From contig CAVRNU010000048.1 in assembly GCA_963722585.1 (NCBI GenBank), forward strand, positions 87,136 to 151,135: 64,000 nucleotides of DNA, given 5' to 3'. The notes below the pieces were generated by a model. The model was given only the letters and a program-made list of their open reading frames with translations, was not told where the DNA came from and made no database searches. This document shows, piece by piece, positions 1 through 10,676 of the stretch. The number at the start of each line of letters is the position of its first letter. Position 1 is the first letter of the stretch. This DNA comes from Bryobacterales bacterium. Its GTDB lineage: Bacteria > Acidobacteriota > Terriglobia > Bryobacterales > Bryobacteraceae. The translations under genes were made by a program, and so were the position numbers.

Positions 1-1997
1 GTGAGCGGCCGTTTCGCGGACAAACAGAGTACCACGTCATCGCCCACATCCTCGAAAGCCAACCCAAACCTGCATGTCCTCCCGGCGTCTTGCCGGCCGA
101 AGTCGAACTTATCCTGAACCGCTGCCTCAAAAAAGACCGGGAGCAGCGCTACGACTCGGCGGCTCACTTATATGCCGATCTGCGGGAGGCGCGGCGGGCC
201 CTGAACCTGTCGAGTATTTCGAGCAAGCCGCTCGTCGCTCCACAAAAGCCGCGATCGAAGAAATGGTATTGGATTCCCGCCGCATCGGGGCTTGTTTTAG
301 CGCTGGCCGGGGGCTGGTGGTGGAATGTCTGGGGGCGCGAGCTGTTCGTCGGGCCGGAACCGTTCGAATATTCGGAGACGAAGAAGCTCACCTATCGCGG
401 CAATGTGAAATACGCCTCGATTTCTCCCGATGGACGGTATCTGGCGTTCGTGAGCGGCCCTCCGCACCATGAGGAGCTGTGCGTTAGGCCCATGGACTCG
501 AATTATGATTCGACTTTGGTTGCGAGTTCGGACACGAACTACGATGGCGTCACGTTCTCGAACGATAGCCGCTATATCTTGTTTGTGACCCGTGCCGGTG
601 AATATGGAACGCTCCGCAAAATTTCGATCACTGGAGGCGATCCGCAGGTTGTCGAAAGCAATGTCGACGGACCTGTTGCCGTGAACCCAAAAGGGGCCGA
701 GTTGGCATTCCGTCGAAATACTCGAGGCAAGCAGTATGTCGTGTTCACCGGCGGCAGATTCGGGGGGCAGGAGGTTGTCCATCTCGTGGACTCGCCTCGG
801 GTCGTTTACTATAGGCTGGCTTGGTCGCCATCCGGCTTGCAAATCGCGGTTTTTTTGTACCCCTCGTCGAGCCGATCCTCGATGTCGCTCGAATTGCTTG
901 ATGCAAACTGGCATAGAATCACAAAACAAATCGACATTCCGCGCTGGCGTGCAGTATTGCAAGCTGCCTGGGTGCCGAATGGCGACGATCTGATCGTTCC
1001 CGTTGAAGAGCCGGGCGAAACCGGAGACAGCATGCAACTTCGGGAGGTTTCCGCCGTCACAGGCCGCGCGCGAAGCATCACTGCCGGACAGTATGGTTAC
1101 AGTGACGCCAGCCTTACCAAGGATGGCCGCCAGTTGGTTACTGTTCGTCTCGACCGCCAGACGCGGTTCTGGTTTGGCGCTCGTTCCGATTTGCACACGG
1201 GCCGGATGAGCTGGACTGATAGCGGAGATTACGATTCGGTGGCCTGGACGGATGACGGGAAACTCATTGCGCAGGCGAATCGGGGCGACGGGACGCACGC
1301 ATGGTTGATAGACCCGCTTGAGAAGCGGCCTCGTATGCTGACGGAAGGACTTTGGGTGAATCGGGATCCCGTCTGGATTCCCCGCCAGCAGGCGATCGCC
1401 TTTGCCTCCGAACGGGATGGCGTTCATGGAATCTGGCGACTGGACGTCAACGACCGAAAATACCGGCTGCTCGCAACTGCCCCCGAATATGCGGAAGCCG
1501 CCGTATGCACGCCGGATGGAAAAATCATCCTCTATACGGCCTGGGAGTTAGCCGGGCCTGCCATCTGGTCCGCACCAACGGAGCCAGGCGCCGTCAAGCC
1601 CAAGCTTCTGCTGCGTAATGCGAAGCACGCCGTTCTCTCTCCGGACGGGAAGCACTTGGCTGTCGAGGAATTACTGGACACCCGAGATCCGGCCGGCTGG
1701 CGAGTTAATGTTTACGATTACCCGGATGTGAGGTTTGTGCAAGCAATGCCTCGGATACCCACAGGTTCTACATTGAAATGGTCGCCCGATGGGACGGGCC
1801 TCAACTACATCGTGACAGACGATCAGGGCACCTCGAACCTGTGGTATCAAGCGCTGCGGGAGACCACTCCACACAGGATTACTTTCTTTGAAGAAGACCA
1901 GGTCTTCGATTATGGCTGGTCTCCCGATGGAACCCAACTTGTCTGCCTGCGGGGCCGAACCCTCTCCGATGCCTTCGATCTAGTTCGGAAGCGTTGA
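1..1997 (+). CDS. Ser/Thr protein kinase (C-terminal part) fused to TM helix and TolB/PD40-like beta-propeller; 5' partial
   Basis: Frame is open from base 3 (ERPFRGQTEYHVIAHILESQP...RCLKKDREQRY, kinase C-lobe end), then a TM segment (WYWIPAASGLVLALAGGWWW) and repeated SPDG/WSPDG propeller motifs. Confidence 0.85.
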   Translation, partial: ERPFRGQTEYHVIAHILESQPKPACPPGVLPAEVELILNRCLKKDREQRYDSAAHLYADLREARRALNLSSISSKPLVAPQKPRSKKWYWIPAASGLVLALAGGWWWNVWGRELFVGPEPFEYSETKKLTYRGNVKYASISPDGRYLAFVSGPPHHEELCVRPMDSNYDSTLVASSDTNYDGVTFSNDSRYILFVTRAGEYGTLRKISITGGDPQVVESNVDGPVAVNPKGAELAFRRNTRGKQYVVFTGGRFGGQEVVHLVDSPRVVYYRLAWSPSGLQIAVFLYPSSSRSSMSLELLDANWHRITKQIDIPRWRAVLQAAWVPNGDDLIVPVEEPGETGDSMQLREVSAVTGRARSITAGQYGYSDASLTKDGRQLVTVRLDRQTRFWFGARSDLHTGRMSWTDSGDYDSVAWTDDGKLIAQANRGDGTHAWLIDPLEKRPRMLTEGLWVNRDPVWIPRQQAIAFASERDGVHGIWRLDVNDRKYRLLATAPEYAEAAVCTPDGKIILYTAWELAGPAIWSAPTEPGAVKPKLLLRNAKHAVLSPDGKHLAVEELLDTRDPAGWRVNVYDYPDVRFVQAMPRIPTGSTLKWSPDGTGLNYIVTDDQGTSNLWYQALRETTPHRITFFEEDQVFDYGWSPDGTQLVCLRGRTLSDAFDLVRKR

Positions 1998-2062
1998 TAT
2001 TTTGGCACCCTCGTTGCTTGCAAAATGTGTGAATCTTAAACGAGACTGTCGAAAGGAAAACT

Positions 2063-2215
2063 ATGGCGAACTCCAGCAAGAAAAAAGGTGCCGGCGGAAA
2101 GAAAGAAAACGCGGCTCCGCCCGTCCCAGTTGATGTCGAAAAAAATAACAAAGAGACCCCCGGCCCATTCACTCCAAAAGACGGGCCACGAGTCCCCGTA
2201 GGGGGAGGCCGGTAG
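2063..2215 (+). CDS. Putative 50-aa small Lys/Pro/Gly-rich protein (not in ORF track)
   Basis: GAAAGGAAAACT-ATG ribosome-binding context; translates MANSSKKKGAGGKKENAAPPVPVDVEKNNKETPGPFTPKDGPRVPVGGGR*; fills the intergenic gap. Confidence 0.5.
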   Translation: MANSSKKKGAGGKKENAAPPVPVDVEKNNKETPGPFTPKDGPRVPVGGGR

Positions 2216-2328
2216 CCCCCGGTTGTTCTGCCAGAGGAGGCTGCGCTCTATCCGCGGCCCTCCGGCGATAGCTCTTTCAACAATCCCCTCCCCAATTCTT
2301 CATTTCTCCAGTACAATCTAAGCTAGAA

Positions 2329-2934
2329 ATGTTTCAAGAACGGGACGGCGAAAAAGAGATTCTGCTGGGCAACAAGCAGTTGCTCGCTATCTTCTTCGTC
2401 CTCGCAATCCTATTTGGCGTCTTCTTCACCGCCGGCTACATGGTGGGGCGCACCACGGGCGACAAGAAGCCCGCCGAAACGGCTGTCGAGGCGAGGTCCG
2501 CGCCGGCCGATAACGCCCAGGCAACCGGCGAAACCCACTCCGTCAGCCCTGAGCCGGGCTCGACCAGCCAGCCGGTGGCGGGAGCGGCAAAGCCGCTCGA
2601 TCAGACTCGGACTGCCGAATCGAAACCAGCCATCAAACCAAAGCCTGAGTTGACGCGCACGGAAGAAGAGCAAGAGCCCGCCGCAGCCGCCGAAACTGCC
2701 ACATCCCCCGGCCACAGCACCTATCTCCAGGTAGCCGCTCTCCATCGCGCCGATGCCGAAACAGTGGCAAAAGTCCTCGCCAAGAAGGGATTCCGAGCGC
2801 ACATTTCACCCAAAGCCGGGACGCCATATTACCGTGTGCTGGTCGGGCCGGTCCACGATGCGGGCGAGCTGAACACCACCCGCGACGCCCTTAAGAGCAA
2901 AGGCTTCCGAGAAGTTTTTGTCCAGCACCTTTAA
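2329..2934 (+). CDS. SPOR domain cell-division protein (DedD/FtsN-like)
   Basis: N-terminal TM helix, Pro/Ala-rich linker, C-terminal YLQVAAL...YYRVLVGP SPOR pattern. Confidence 0.85.
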   Translation: MFQERDGEKEILLGNKQLLAIFFVLAILFGVFFTAGYMVGRTTGDKKPAETAVEARSAPADNAQATGETHSVSPEPGSTSQPVAGAAKPLDQTRTAESKPAIKPKPELTRTEEEQEPAAAAETATSPGHSTYLQVAALHRADAETVAKVLAKKGFRAHISPKAGTPYYRVLVGPVHDAGELNTTRDALKSKGFREVFVQHL

Positions 2935-2964
2935 CCAAAAGGTGAACCTGTCGTAAGGAGCTAT

Positions 2965-3004
2965 GTGGCGCACGCTTCAGTGTGCGGCGAACTTCAGTTC
3001 GCCG
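2965..3004 (+). repeat. REP-like palindromic repeat, family A
   Basis: GTGGCGCACGCTTCAGTGTGCGGCGAACTTCAGTTCGCCG; near-identical copies at 31985 and 44668. Confidence 0.75.
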
Positions 3005-3107
3005 TCTCCCACTTGCACCACCATCCACCGAGCGGCGATGATGATTGCTGTGCGTGCCGGGGGATGGTTCCGGCATCCAATCTGTCCCGAGAGGAATCAA
3101 CCGGCAC

Positions 3108-3728
3108 ATGGCAACATCGCGTTACAAAGCTGTATTCACTGACGTTGGGGGAGTAATCGCGACCAATGGTTGGGATACGCCCCTTCGAACAACCATGGTC
3201 GAGCACTTCCGCCTCGATCACAAAGAAGTCGATAGCCGCCATCAACTCATGTTCGACTCTTATGAGCGCGGCAACTTAACGTTTGAACAGTACCTGAACT
3301 GGACCGTATTTTACGAACCCCGCCCCTTCACGCTCGAAGAGGTGCGTCAGTGGATCTTCGACCAGGCGCGAATGCTTCCCGGAACCTACGACCTTTACAA
3401 GAAGGTAAAGGCGAAAAACGGAGTTAAGCTGGCGCTCATCAGCAACGAGGGCGGGGGACTCACCGAGGACCGCGTTCGGCGATTCCGTCTCGGTGAGCTG
3501 GCCGACTATATGCTTTTTTCAAACACCGTCGGCATGCGGAAGCCCGATCCTGGAATCTGGAAACTCGCTCTGGTACTCGCGCAAGTCAGCATGGACAATT
3601 CCATCTATATCGACGACCGCAAAATGTTCGTCGACTTCGCCGCCTATTTAGGCTTCACTGCCTATCAGCATGTGTCCGCCGCCGAAACCGAGAAATACCT
3701 GGCAAGCCTCGGACTTAGCGCGGTCTAG
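3108..3728 (+). CDS. HAD-IA family hydrolase (phosphatase)
   Basis: Motif I VFTDVGGV, motif II LISN, motif III/IV RKPDP...YIDD. Start moved to the ATG at 3108. Confidence 0.85.
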   Translation: MATSRYKAVFTDVGGVIATNGWDTPLRTTMVEHFRLDHKEVDSRHQLMFDSYERGNLTFEQYLNWTVFYEPRPFTLEEVRQWIFDQARMLPGTYDLYKKVKAKNGVKLALISNEGGGLTEDRVRRFRLGELADYMLFSNTVGMRKPDPGIWKLALVLAQVSMDNSIYIDDRKMFVDFAAYLGFTAYQHVSAAETEKYLASLGLSAV

Positions 3729-3757
3729 AGCCCGATAGAATATGGAGCTAACCCTTC

Positions 3758-6361
3758 ATGTTGGCTTCGCTTCGCTCGCTGCCGCGCAACTACCTGTTTC
3801 TGGTCCCCATCTGCGCCATTGCGCTCGCGTATCAGGCTGGCTAACACCGTCGCTGTTGTTGACGACAGGCTTCATGGCATGCAAAGGGCCGCGAGAGCCG
3901 CTGTTACCACAACGCCGAGGATCAAATCACTCTCAACTCCGATCCGGCCAGAAAGGCTGGTTTGCAGAGTGGAGAGCGCCTTCTCAGCATAGATGGCGTG
4001 CCCGTCGAGAATGCCATGAGCGAAGAAGAGATTCTTCGCGGCAAGAAGCCCGGCGATCAGATTCAAGTGGTCGTCGAAGGGATTAAGGACAAAATTCCGA
4101 CGCTGCATTCGTTCAAACTCGAACCGGCCGAATCGGGGCGACCCACCGACGCCGAATGGGCGCTCCTCGGGCTTGTGCTGCTCATGTCGCTGATGTCCGT
4201 TGGCATCGGAGCTTTTGTGGCGCTTCGCCTGCCGCGAGATCCGAGCGCCATTTTCTTGCTTGGAGTGCTCGTCGGCATGCTCCAATTCGTTCGCCAGTCC
4301 ACTAGCTGGCAGCTACCGCGATGGGCCAGCATCGGCGAGGCCTGCTACTCGACAGTGTTCCAAGGCGTCTGGCCTATCTCGATGATGCTCTTCGGCATTT
4401 ATTTCCCGGAACGCAGCCGCTGGGATGCAAAGGTGCCCTGGTTGAAATGGCTTTTGATTGTACCGATTGCTGCCTTTTATCTGTGGAGCGCTGTCGCCGT
4501 CATTGCGGCTCACTTCAGCTTCTCGGCCTCAATCGCTATGCGGCGCCCGCTCGATTTGTTCACCGCGCCGGTGGTGGTGATTGCTCTTCTGGCTCCGTGC
4601 ATCTTCTTTGCCGCCCTCGGCTTCAAGATTCCAAGCGCCTCGAGTCGAGACTCCAGGCGCCGCCTCCTCATTCTGTACGCAGGATCAATTGTCAGCCTGA
4701 CCCCGATGTTTCTTTTGGTCCTTTATGTCTTGATCGTCAAGCACGGGGATTTTTCAGGTTTTTCGCAGTGGATCGAGAGTTTGGTTATTGTATTCCTTTA
4801 TGGATTTCCGGTAACTCTCGCTTACGTCGTGCTCACCCAACGCGCCGCCGATCTGCGCGTCGTAATCCGGCAAGGCATCCGCTACATCTTCGCGAAAACT
4901 GGCTTGCGAATTCTCATATCAATTGTTGTCGGCGTGGTCATTTGGGGACTAAGCGCAGCAGTGTTTTCTACACGGGCCTCGCGATCGGTTCAAGTCACAG
5001 TGTTGGTTAGCTGCGTGGCTGTTGCCGTACTTATCGCGCGACATCTCCGTATGAAAACGTACGCCTGGGTTGACAAGAGGTTCTTTCGGGAAGCCTACCG
5101 TGCCGAACGGATCCTCAGCGAACTGAATGAAAACATTCGGACAATCATCGACGAACCAAAGCTGCTCGAAACCGTCGGCACCACTCTCTCAACCTCGCTG
5201 CACGTGCCCTGCGTTGCCATCCTGCTCAACAGAGAAGGAACGCTGACGCCGGCGTACGTTATCGGTTGCAATGCCACCGATCAAGCCTGTCTCGCGGAAT
5301 CGAGCTTCATCGTCGAGGCGATCAATACAGCAAAGGAACCGGCTCAGATCTTCTTCGATATCCCATCCAACTGGATCTTTCAGACTCCCGCCGCCGAACG
5401 CGAGACCATCCGCGCCTTGAATTCGCAATTGCTGCTCCCCATTTCTGTGCGCGATCGACTGCTCGGCGTCCTCAGCCTCGGCCCAAAACGCTCAGAAGAA
5501 CCGTATTCGAAGACGGACATTCAGTTATTGACATCGCTCGTTTTCCAAACCGGTCTAGCGCTCGAAAACAGCCGCCTCGCCTCGACGGTCGCTCTCGAAA
5601 TCGCCCAGCGCGAGAAACTGAATCGCGAAATAGAGATCGCCCGCGAAGTGCAGGAACGCCTGTTCCCGCACGATCTACCGAAGCTTCCCGGACTCGACTA
5701 CTTTGGAAGCTGCCGGCCAGCTCAGGGCGTGGGAGGCGACTATTACGATTTCATTCAACTTGCGGACGGGGACGTCGGCATCGCCATCGGAGACGTTTCA
5801 GGCAAAGGAATTGCCGCCGCGCTCCTGATGGCCAGCCTGCAGGCATCGCTGCGCGGCCAGGCCTTGCAGGGCAGCAAAGACCTCGCCAAAGTAATTAGCA
5901 ATGTCAACCGCCTGGTGTTCGAGGCGAGCGCCGAGAATCGCTACGCCACATTTTTCTACGCGCAGTTCGAGCGCGCTACAAGGCGGCTCACCTACGTCAA
6001 TGCCGGACACAATCCGCCCATCGTTCTGCGGCGGATTGAAGGGCTGACTCACGCGATCCGGCTCGACGCCGGCGGACCCGTGGTCGGCATGTTCCGCGAG
6101 TCTCCCTATCAGCAAGCGTCTCTGACGCTAGATCCCGGCGATATCCTCATCGGCTTCACCGACGGCATCAGCGAGGCCATGAACATTCAAGATGAGGAGT
6201 GGGGCGAAGAGCGACTCCTGCCCGCCCTCGAAGCCTGTGCCAACCAGAAAGCCGCGGAGATGATTCCCAGCGTCATGAACGCCGCCGACTGCTTCGTCAA
6301 TGGTGCTCCGCAGCACGACGACATGACGCTCGTAGTGATGAAGCTAGAAGCCGCCGCTTGA
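3758..6361 (+). CDS. Membrane PP2C/SpoIIE phosphatase with PDZ, multi-TM and GAF domains; frameshifted near 3840-3940
   Basis: AGLQSGERLLSIDG (PDZ), TM bundle, GAF, then VGGDYYD, IGDVSGKG, NAGHNPP, FTDGISE, QHDDMT. An N-terminal hydrophobic segment starts at ATG 3758 in the same frame but is interrupted by stops at 3842 and 3860. Confidence 0.85.
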
Positions 6362-7961
6362 ACTTTCGGGTCTGCGCAAACCGCCGGAAAAAGCTGTCCG
6401 ATTTCCAGGAAGGCGCTTGCGAAGCGTTGGCAATGCGTTCGCCCAGTATCGCCAGAATCTCGTCAAACTGCGCGGCGGCCGCCGCATCCACCGGTTGCGT
6501 CAAATCGTCCTTCACGCTGTGGTACCGCTCCTTGTACCAACCCTGAAATGTTTTCTCCTCGGGCGTGCCGGGAAGATAACCAAACTTGAATGCCAGCGCG
6601 GGCACGCCTTTTTTAATGAAGCTGTATTGATCGCTGCGTATGAACCGGTTCTTATCCGGCTCCTTATCGGCTTGCACTTCGACACCTGCTTGTTCGCACA
6701 CCGCGCGTATGTCGTCGCCCAGAGTCGATTCGCCCAATCCTTGCACTTCCAGATATTTCAAAGGGAATAGCGGCAGGAACATGTCCATGTTGATATCCGT
6801 GACATACTTTCCTTCAACCGAAGGATTACTCGCGTAGTATCTCGAACCAAGCTCGCCCTTTTCTTCGGCCGTAACGGCAAGAAAGATCACCGAGCGCTTC
6901 ATCCGTAGCTTCTTCCGCTCGAGTTCACTCGCAATCTCGATCAGTGAAGCGACCCCGGACGCGTCGTCCATCGCGCCATTGTAAATTCGATCTTCCTGGC
7001 CGATAGGTCCCACTCCCAGATGATCCAGATGCGCCGAAAATACAACAAACTGATGCGAAAGCTGCGGATCGGAGCCCCAACGAATACCCACCACGTTCTT
7101 CGAGGTAACCGCCTCTTTCTTGAAAATCGTGCTCGTTTTCACTTTCCACGTAAGCGGGAAATGCGGCAGCGGCTGGTTGTGATCGGCTGCCGCGAATATT
7201 TCGGCAAGGCTTCTCCCTGTCCCAGCGAAAAGCATCTCGGCCCGATCCGGATTCCATGTTGCGCTGAATTCCAAGCCCGCTGTCTCCACCATTGCGGAAT
7301 CGGCAAGCACCATCCTTGGTATCCGGCCGTTCGCCGCGACACGCGACCACGGCACCTCCATATTTTTCGGACTTGTGATCGAAATTGTGCCAATCACACC
7401 CGCCGCCTTCATGACCTTCCAGCGTTCTTCGGTGGACGAGTAGTGGGAACGAAGGTTACCCGGTACGCTCGATGGCCCCCCGCGCAGATAGACGGCGATA
7501 GCCCCCTTGAGCGGCTGGCCCGCGAGATCATCCCAGTTCGCTTCTGGAATCTTCAACCCGTATCCGACGAAGACAAGCGGCGCTTCGATGCTCGCCGACG
7601 CGTCCGGCGAAACCCCCAGGATCGCGTCATCGCCGAGTTTCACTTCTACCGTCTTCGCGCCTTCCACAAGCCGCAGCGACGAATCCGATTCATCAAGCGT
7701 CAGTTGAACGAGGTTAACGGGCTGAAAGTAATTATCTATGCCGCCCGGCCGCAAACCAGCCCTCTCAAACTGCGCCGCCACATAATCCGCCGCAAGGTCG
7801 AAGCCGCTGCTGCCGACCCCACGCCCCTGCATCCCATCGTTCGCCAGATATTGAACATGCGCCCACCAGCGCCGTCCCGCCGCCTCGAAATTCTTGCTCG
7901 CCAGTAAACCAACCGCCGTCATGAGCAGCAGAAACAATGTTTTTCCTACAGCAGGTTGCAT
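6297..7961 (-). CDS. M28 family metallopeptidase with PA domain
   Basis: Signal peptide, SAHLDH, GAMDDASG, AEEKGELGS, DINMDM, RSDQYSF, YHSVKD. The 3' end overlaps the convergent gene, so the true stop may be slightly earlier. Confidence 0.88.
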   Translation of the reverse strand: MQPAVGKTLFLLLMTAVGLLASKNFEAAGRRWWAHVQYLANDGMQGRGVGSSGFDLAADYVAAQFERAGLRPGGIDNYFQPVNLVQLTLDESDSSLRLVEGAKTVEVKLGDDAILGVSPDASASIEAPLVFVGYGLKIPEANWDDLAGQPLKGAIAVYLRGGPSSVPGNLRSHYSSTEERWKVMKAAGVIGTISITSPKNMEVPWSRVAANGRIPRMVLADSAMVETAGLEFSATWNPDRAEMLFAGTGRSLAEIFAAADHNQPLPHFPLTWKVKTSTIFKKEAVTSKNVVGIRWGSDPQLSHQFVVFSAHLDHLGVGPIGQEDRIYNGAMDDASGVASLIEIASELERKKLRMKRSVIFLAVTAEEKGELGSRYYASNPSVEGKYVTDINMDMFLPLFPLKYLEVQGLGESTLGDDIRAVCEQAGVEVQADKEPDKNRFIRSDQYSFIKKGVPALAFKFGYLPGTPEEKTFQGWYKERYHSVKDDLTQPVDAAAAAQFDEILAILGERIANASQAPSWKSDSFFRRFAQTRKFKRRLLASSLRASCRRAAEHH

Positions 7962-8005
7962 GGGAACTTACGCCCCATTATCCAATGCGAACCGTACCGA
8001 AACTA

Positions 8006-8030
8006 GCCGCGACCACAGGAAGCGGTCTTC
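8006..8030 (+). repeat. REP-like repeat, family B (degenerate)
   Basis: GCCGCGACCACAGGAAGCGGTCTTC resembles CCGCGACCGCGAGGGAGCGG at 22741 and 48241. Confidence 0.5.
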
Positions 8031-8062
8031 CATGTGTTTTTCAAAGGAGCATTGAATAGCTT

Positions 8063-8897
8063 TCAATTCCGTATCGCCGTAATCACGCGCGGCAAACCCG
8101 CCAGGTCGTGAATCGGTCTCAGCTCTCTCCAGTGCATCTTCATCATGTCCCTTACCGGAGCGAGCGCCTGGTAGCCAAGCTCCAACATGATCTCGCCGCC
8201 CGGCCTCACGACAAGCTCCGCCTGCTGGATCAGCCGTTCATAAATTTCGAGTCCTGTGTCGCCGGCAAACAGCGCCAGGTGCGGCTCCCAATCCCTCACC
8301 TCGCGCTGCATGTTGGCGGCATCCGCTCCAGGCACATAGGGCGGGTTCGAAATCAACAGATCCAAACTTCGAATATCGATAGCGGAGGCGAGATCCGCTA
8401 CAACGAATGCGACCGGCGCCCCGTACTTCCCGCGATTCCGCTCGGCCACCTGAAGCGCTGCCATGAGAAATATCGGAAGCAAACACAAGCTTGCCCGTTT
8501 CGAGCGCAACCGAGATTGCAATCGCGCCCGAACCCGTTCCTATGTCAAGAATGCGCACATGGTCGCGAGCCTTGATCGCCGCAACCGCGGCCTCCACCAG
8601 GTGCTCTGTTTCCGGCCGCGGAATCAGTACGTCAGGCGTAACCAGGAAATCGCGTCCATAAAACTCTTGCCTCTTTGTAACGTACTGCGTGGGTTTGCCT
8701 TTCAGACGCTCATTGAGATAACGCCCGTAATGGATCCAGGCGACCGTTGTCAGTTCGTCCGGCGCGTGGGCGTAAAGGTACGAGCGTTCACAACCCATCG
8801 CATGGCAGAGCAGCACCTCGGCCGTGAGTCTGGGCGCGGCAATGCCTTCCTTTTCGAGGATTTCCGAGCCTTGCTGAAGAGCCGTTTGAACGGTCAA
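8063..8897 (-). CDS. prmC: Release factor glutamine methyltransferase PrmC/HemK, split by a +1 frameshift near 8462
   Basis: VLIPRPETE, LDIGTGSG and DIS in one frame; AALQVA...SNPPY...DLAGLPRV in the next frame. TTG start overlaps the upstream TGA. Confidence 0.93.
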
Positions 8898-9118
8898 TCC
8901 CGATGCCCAGTAGCCGCTGCGCTTTCGGAAGCCGCCTTCGCGCACTCCCTGCATAGCAGCTTGCGACATAAGAAGCTCGCACGGCCCTCTTCCGTCAACA
9001 CCCACGCACGTTCTTGCCAGGGCGGATCGTGCCGTACATGCTGCGTGTGACCGCACTCTAAATCGGCAATCCAGTGGCCGCTCTCGTCCTGATGGAATCC
9101 AACGATTTTCCGTTCCAA
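8894..9118 (-). CDS. DUF3565-like small protein
   Basis: IVGFHQDESGHWIADLECGHTQHVRHDPPW...CREC pattern. Confidence 0.75.
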   Translation of the reverse strand: MERKIVGFHQDESGHWIADLECGHTQHVRHDPPWQERAWVLTEEGRASFLCRKLLCRECAKAASESAAATGHRD

Positions 9119-9128
9119 ATGATCCTTT

Positions 9129-9386
9129 TCAGATATCTAAGCGGTTGAGAACGGTATTGTAGACTGTCCCGGCATTCGTCCAACTTCCGCGCGGTACTTT
9201 CAGCGTCTGGCGGCTGCCCCCCAGCTCGAAAGTAATCGCCAGCTCGTCACCCTGCTCGGGCACTTCTTCAAAGTGAACGTTGTAGCCGTTTTTCTTTAGT
9301 TCCGCGAGAGCCCTTTCGATATCGGAGGCGACCTGCTGGTTAATGGCCTGGTCCTGGACATGGCCCGCGATCACGTTAGTCTTCAT
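9129..9386 (-). CDS. Hypothetical protein (85 aa)
   Basis: Clean ORF with RBS, co-directional with neighbours. Confidence 0.6.
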   Translation of the reverse strand: MKTNVIAGHVQDQAINQQVASDIERALAELKKNGYNVHFEEVPEQGDELAITFELGGSRQTLKVPRGSWTNAGTVYNTVLNRLDI

Positions 9387-9470
9387 ATCGCACCCTCTTC
9401 ATTAGGATGTTACACAAGTACATGGAGGAGGGCGGCCGCGCGCCAGGAAATGTGTACGCGCGGATGAATC

Positions 9471-10273
9471 CTACTCAGGTAGCCGGAACGGCACAATCAC
9501 TTCCGTCTCGAAGGGGATCGGTTTGCCGTCCTCGAGCACCGGACGATAAACCCATTTCGAGACAGCCTCCTTTGCAGCGTTCACAAGCAAGGATGGCCGC
9601 GCACCAGCTGAATGGCTTGTACCTTACCGTCGGGCCCAAGGACGACGCTGAACTCAACTGTCCCTTGGACGCGGGCGCTTGCGGCGAGAGGTGGATACAC
9701 CGGATCGACTTTGCTAATTAGGCCGCTCTCTGCCACATGAGACGAAATGCGAACCGTCCCGGGCCGCTGAGGTTGAGGCTTCATCAGACTTTCGTAGTTC
9801 AAGTTCCGCTGCGGCTCCGCCTCCGCCGATTCGAGCGCTTCAGTCCATTTGGCATTGCCGGGATCGAGTTGGATGGCGCGTTGTATCAGCTCGAGTCCGT
9901 GCCGGTACGGGACATCGCCATCACTGGGAGAACGCAATTCGGCCAGAATTTGGCCGGTCGCGGCAAGCAGCGCGGGATCCCCCGAGCTCTCTAACTGCGC
10001 GCGTAATTTCTCGCCTGTCTCATGGCTCATTTCAATGTTGCTGATTTTTGTAAGGCCCAATCCGGCCCGTTCCGCCGTCGCGTAAATCGCCGCTATCGCC
10101 AACTCGTATTCGGGGCCAGTCGCCCGATCCATCGCCTGCGCTCGTTCCAAAATCCTAAGTCCAGGCTCGGGATCGGTTTGCTCGATAAAACTTGCGGCAT
10201 TCAAAAGTATGTGCGGCGAATCGGAATGGTCGGCCATGGCCTGCTCCCAAGCCGCTTTAATTTGGTCCCGCAT
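9471..10273 (-). CDS. Helical-repeat + TonB C-terminal domain protein, frameshifted near 9590
   Basis: KVDPVYPPLAASARVQGTVEF...RGHP continues after one missing base as LLVNAAKEAVSKWVYRPVLEDGKPIPFETEVIVPFRLPE*. Confidence 0.8.
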
Positions 10274-10321
10274 TTTCTCTCCTTGACATTTTAGGAGAGA
10301 GCGCCGTATCCTTTTCCTAAA

Positions 10322-10675
10322 GTGTATAGGAAAGAGAAAAAATCGGCCGAGCTGTTACAGGGCACGCTCGATCTCTTGGTTTTGAAGGCCGTTTCGCTAG
10401 GGAAAATGCATGGTTACGGCATCCTGCTACGGATCGAACAAATTTCGGGGGGATCGCTCGAAATCGAGCAAGGAGCGCTCTACCCGGCGCTTTACCGGCT
10501 TGAGCGGCAGGGTCTGCTCGAAACGGAATGGGGCACGTCAGAAAACAATCGCAGGGCCAAGTACTACATTCTGACGAGCCACGGACGATTGCGGCTCAAA
10601 ACCGAAGAACGCAGTTGGAGCCGCCTGGTCGATGCGATTGGCACGGCGCTGAAAGCTCGCCCGAGCGAGGCATGA
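10322..10675 (+). CDS. PadR family transcriptional regulator (acidobacterial type)
   Basis: LQGTLDLLVLK, MHGYGI, GALYPALYRLE, NRRAKYY. Confidence 0.93.
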   Translation: MYRKEKKSAELLQGTLDLLVLKAVSLGKMHGYGILLRIEQISGGSLEIEQGALYPALYRLERQGLLETEWGTSENNRRAKYYILTSHGRLRLKTEERSWSRLVDAIGTALKARPSEA

Positions 10676-10676
10676 T

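Noticed and set aside
3842-3862. In-frame TAA/TGA in the PP2C 5' region as recoding
   Set aside because: Two different stops, no redox motif or SECIS; better explained by indels.
7020-7907. 295-aa plus-strand ORF; likewise 15800..16465 and 297..1427
   Set aside because: Fully antisense to well-supported genes (M28 peptidase, cysN, kinase).
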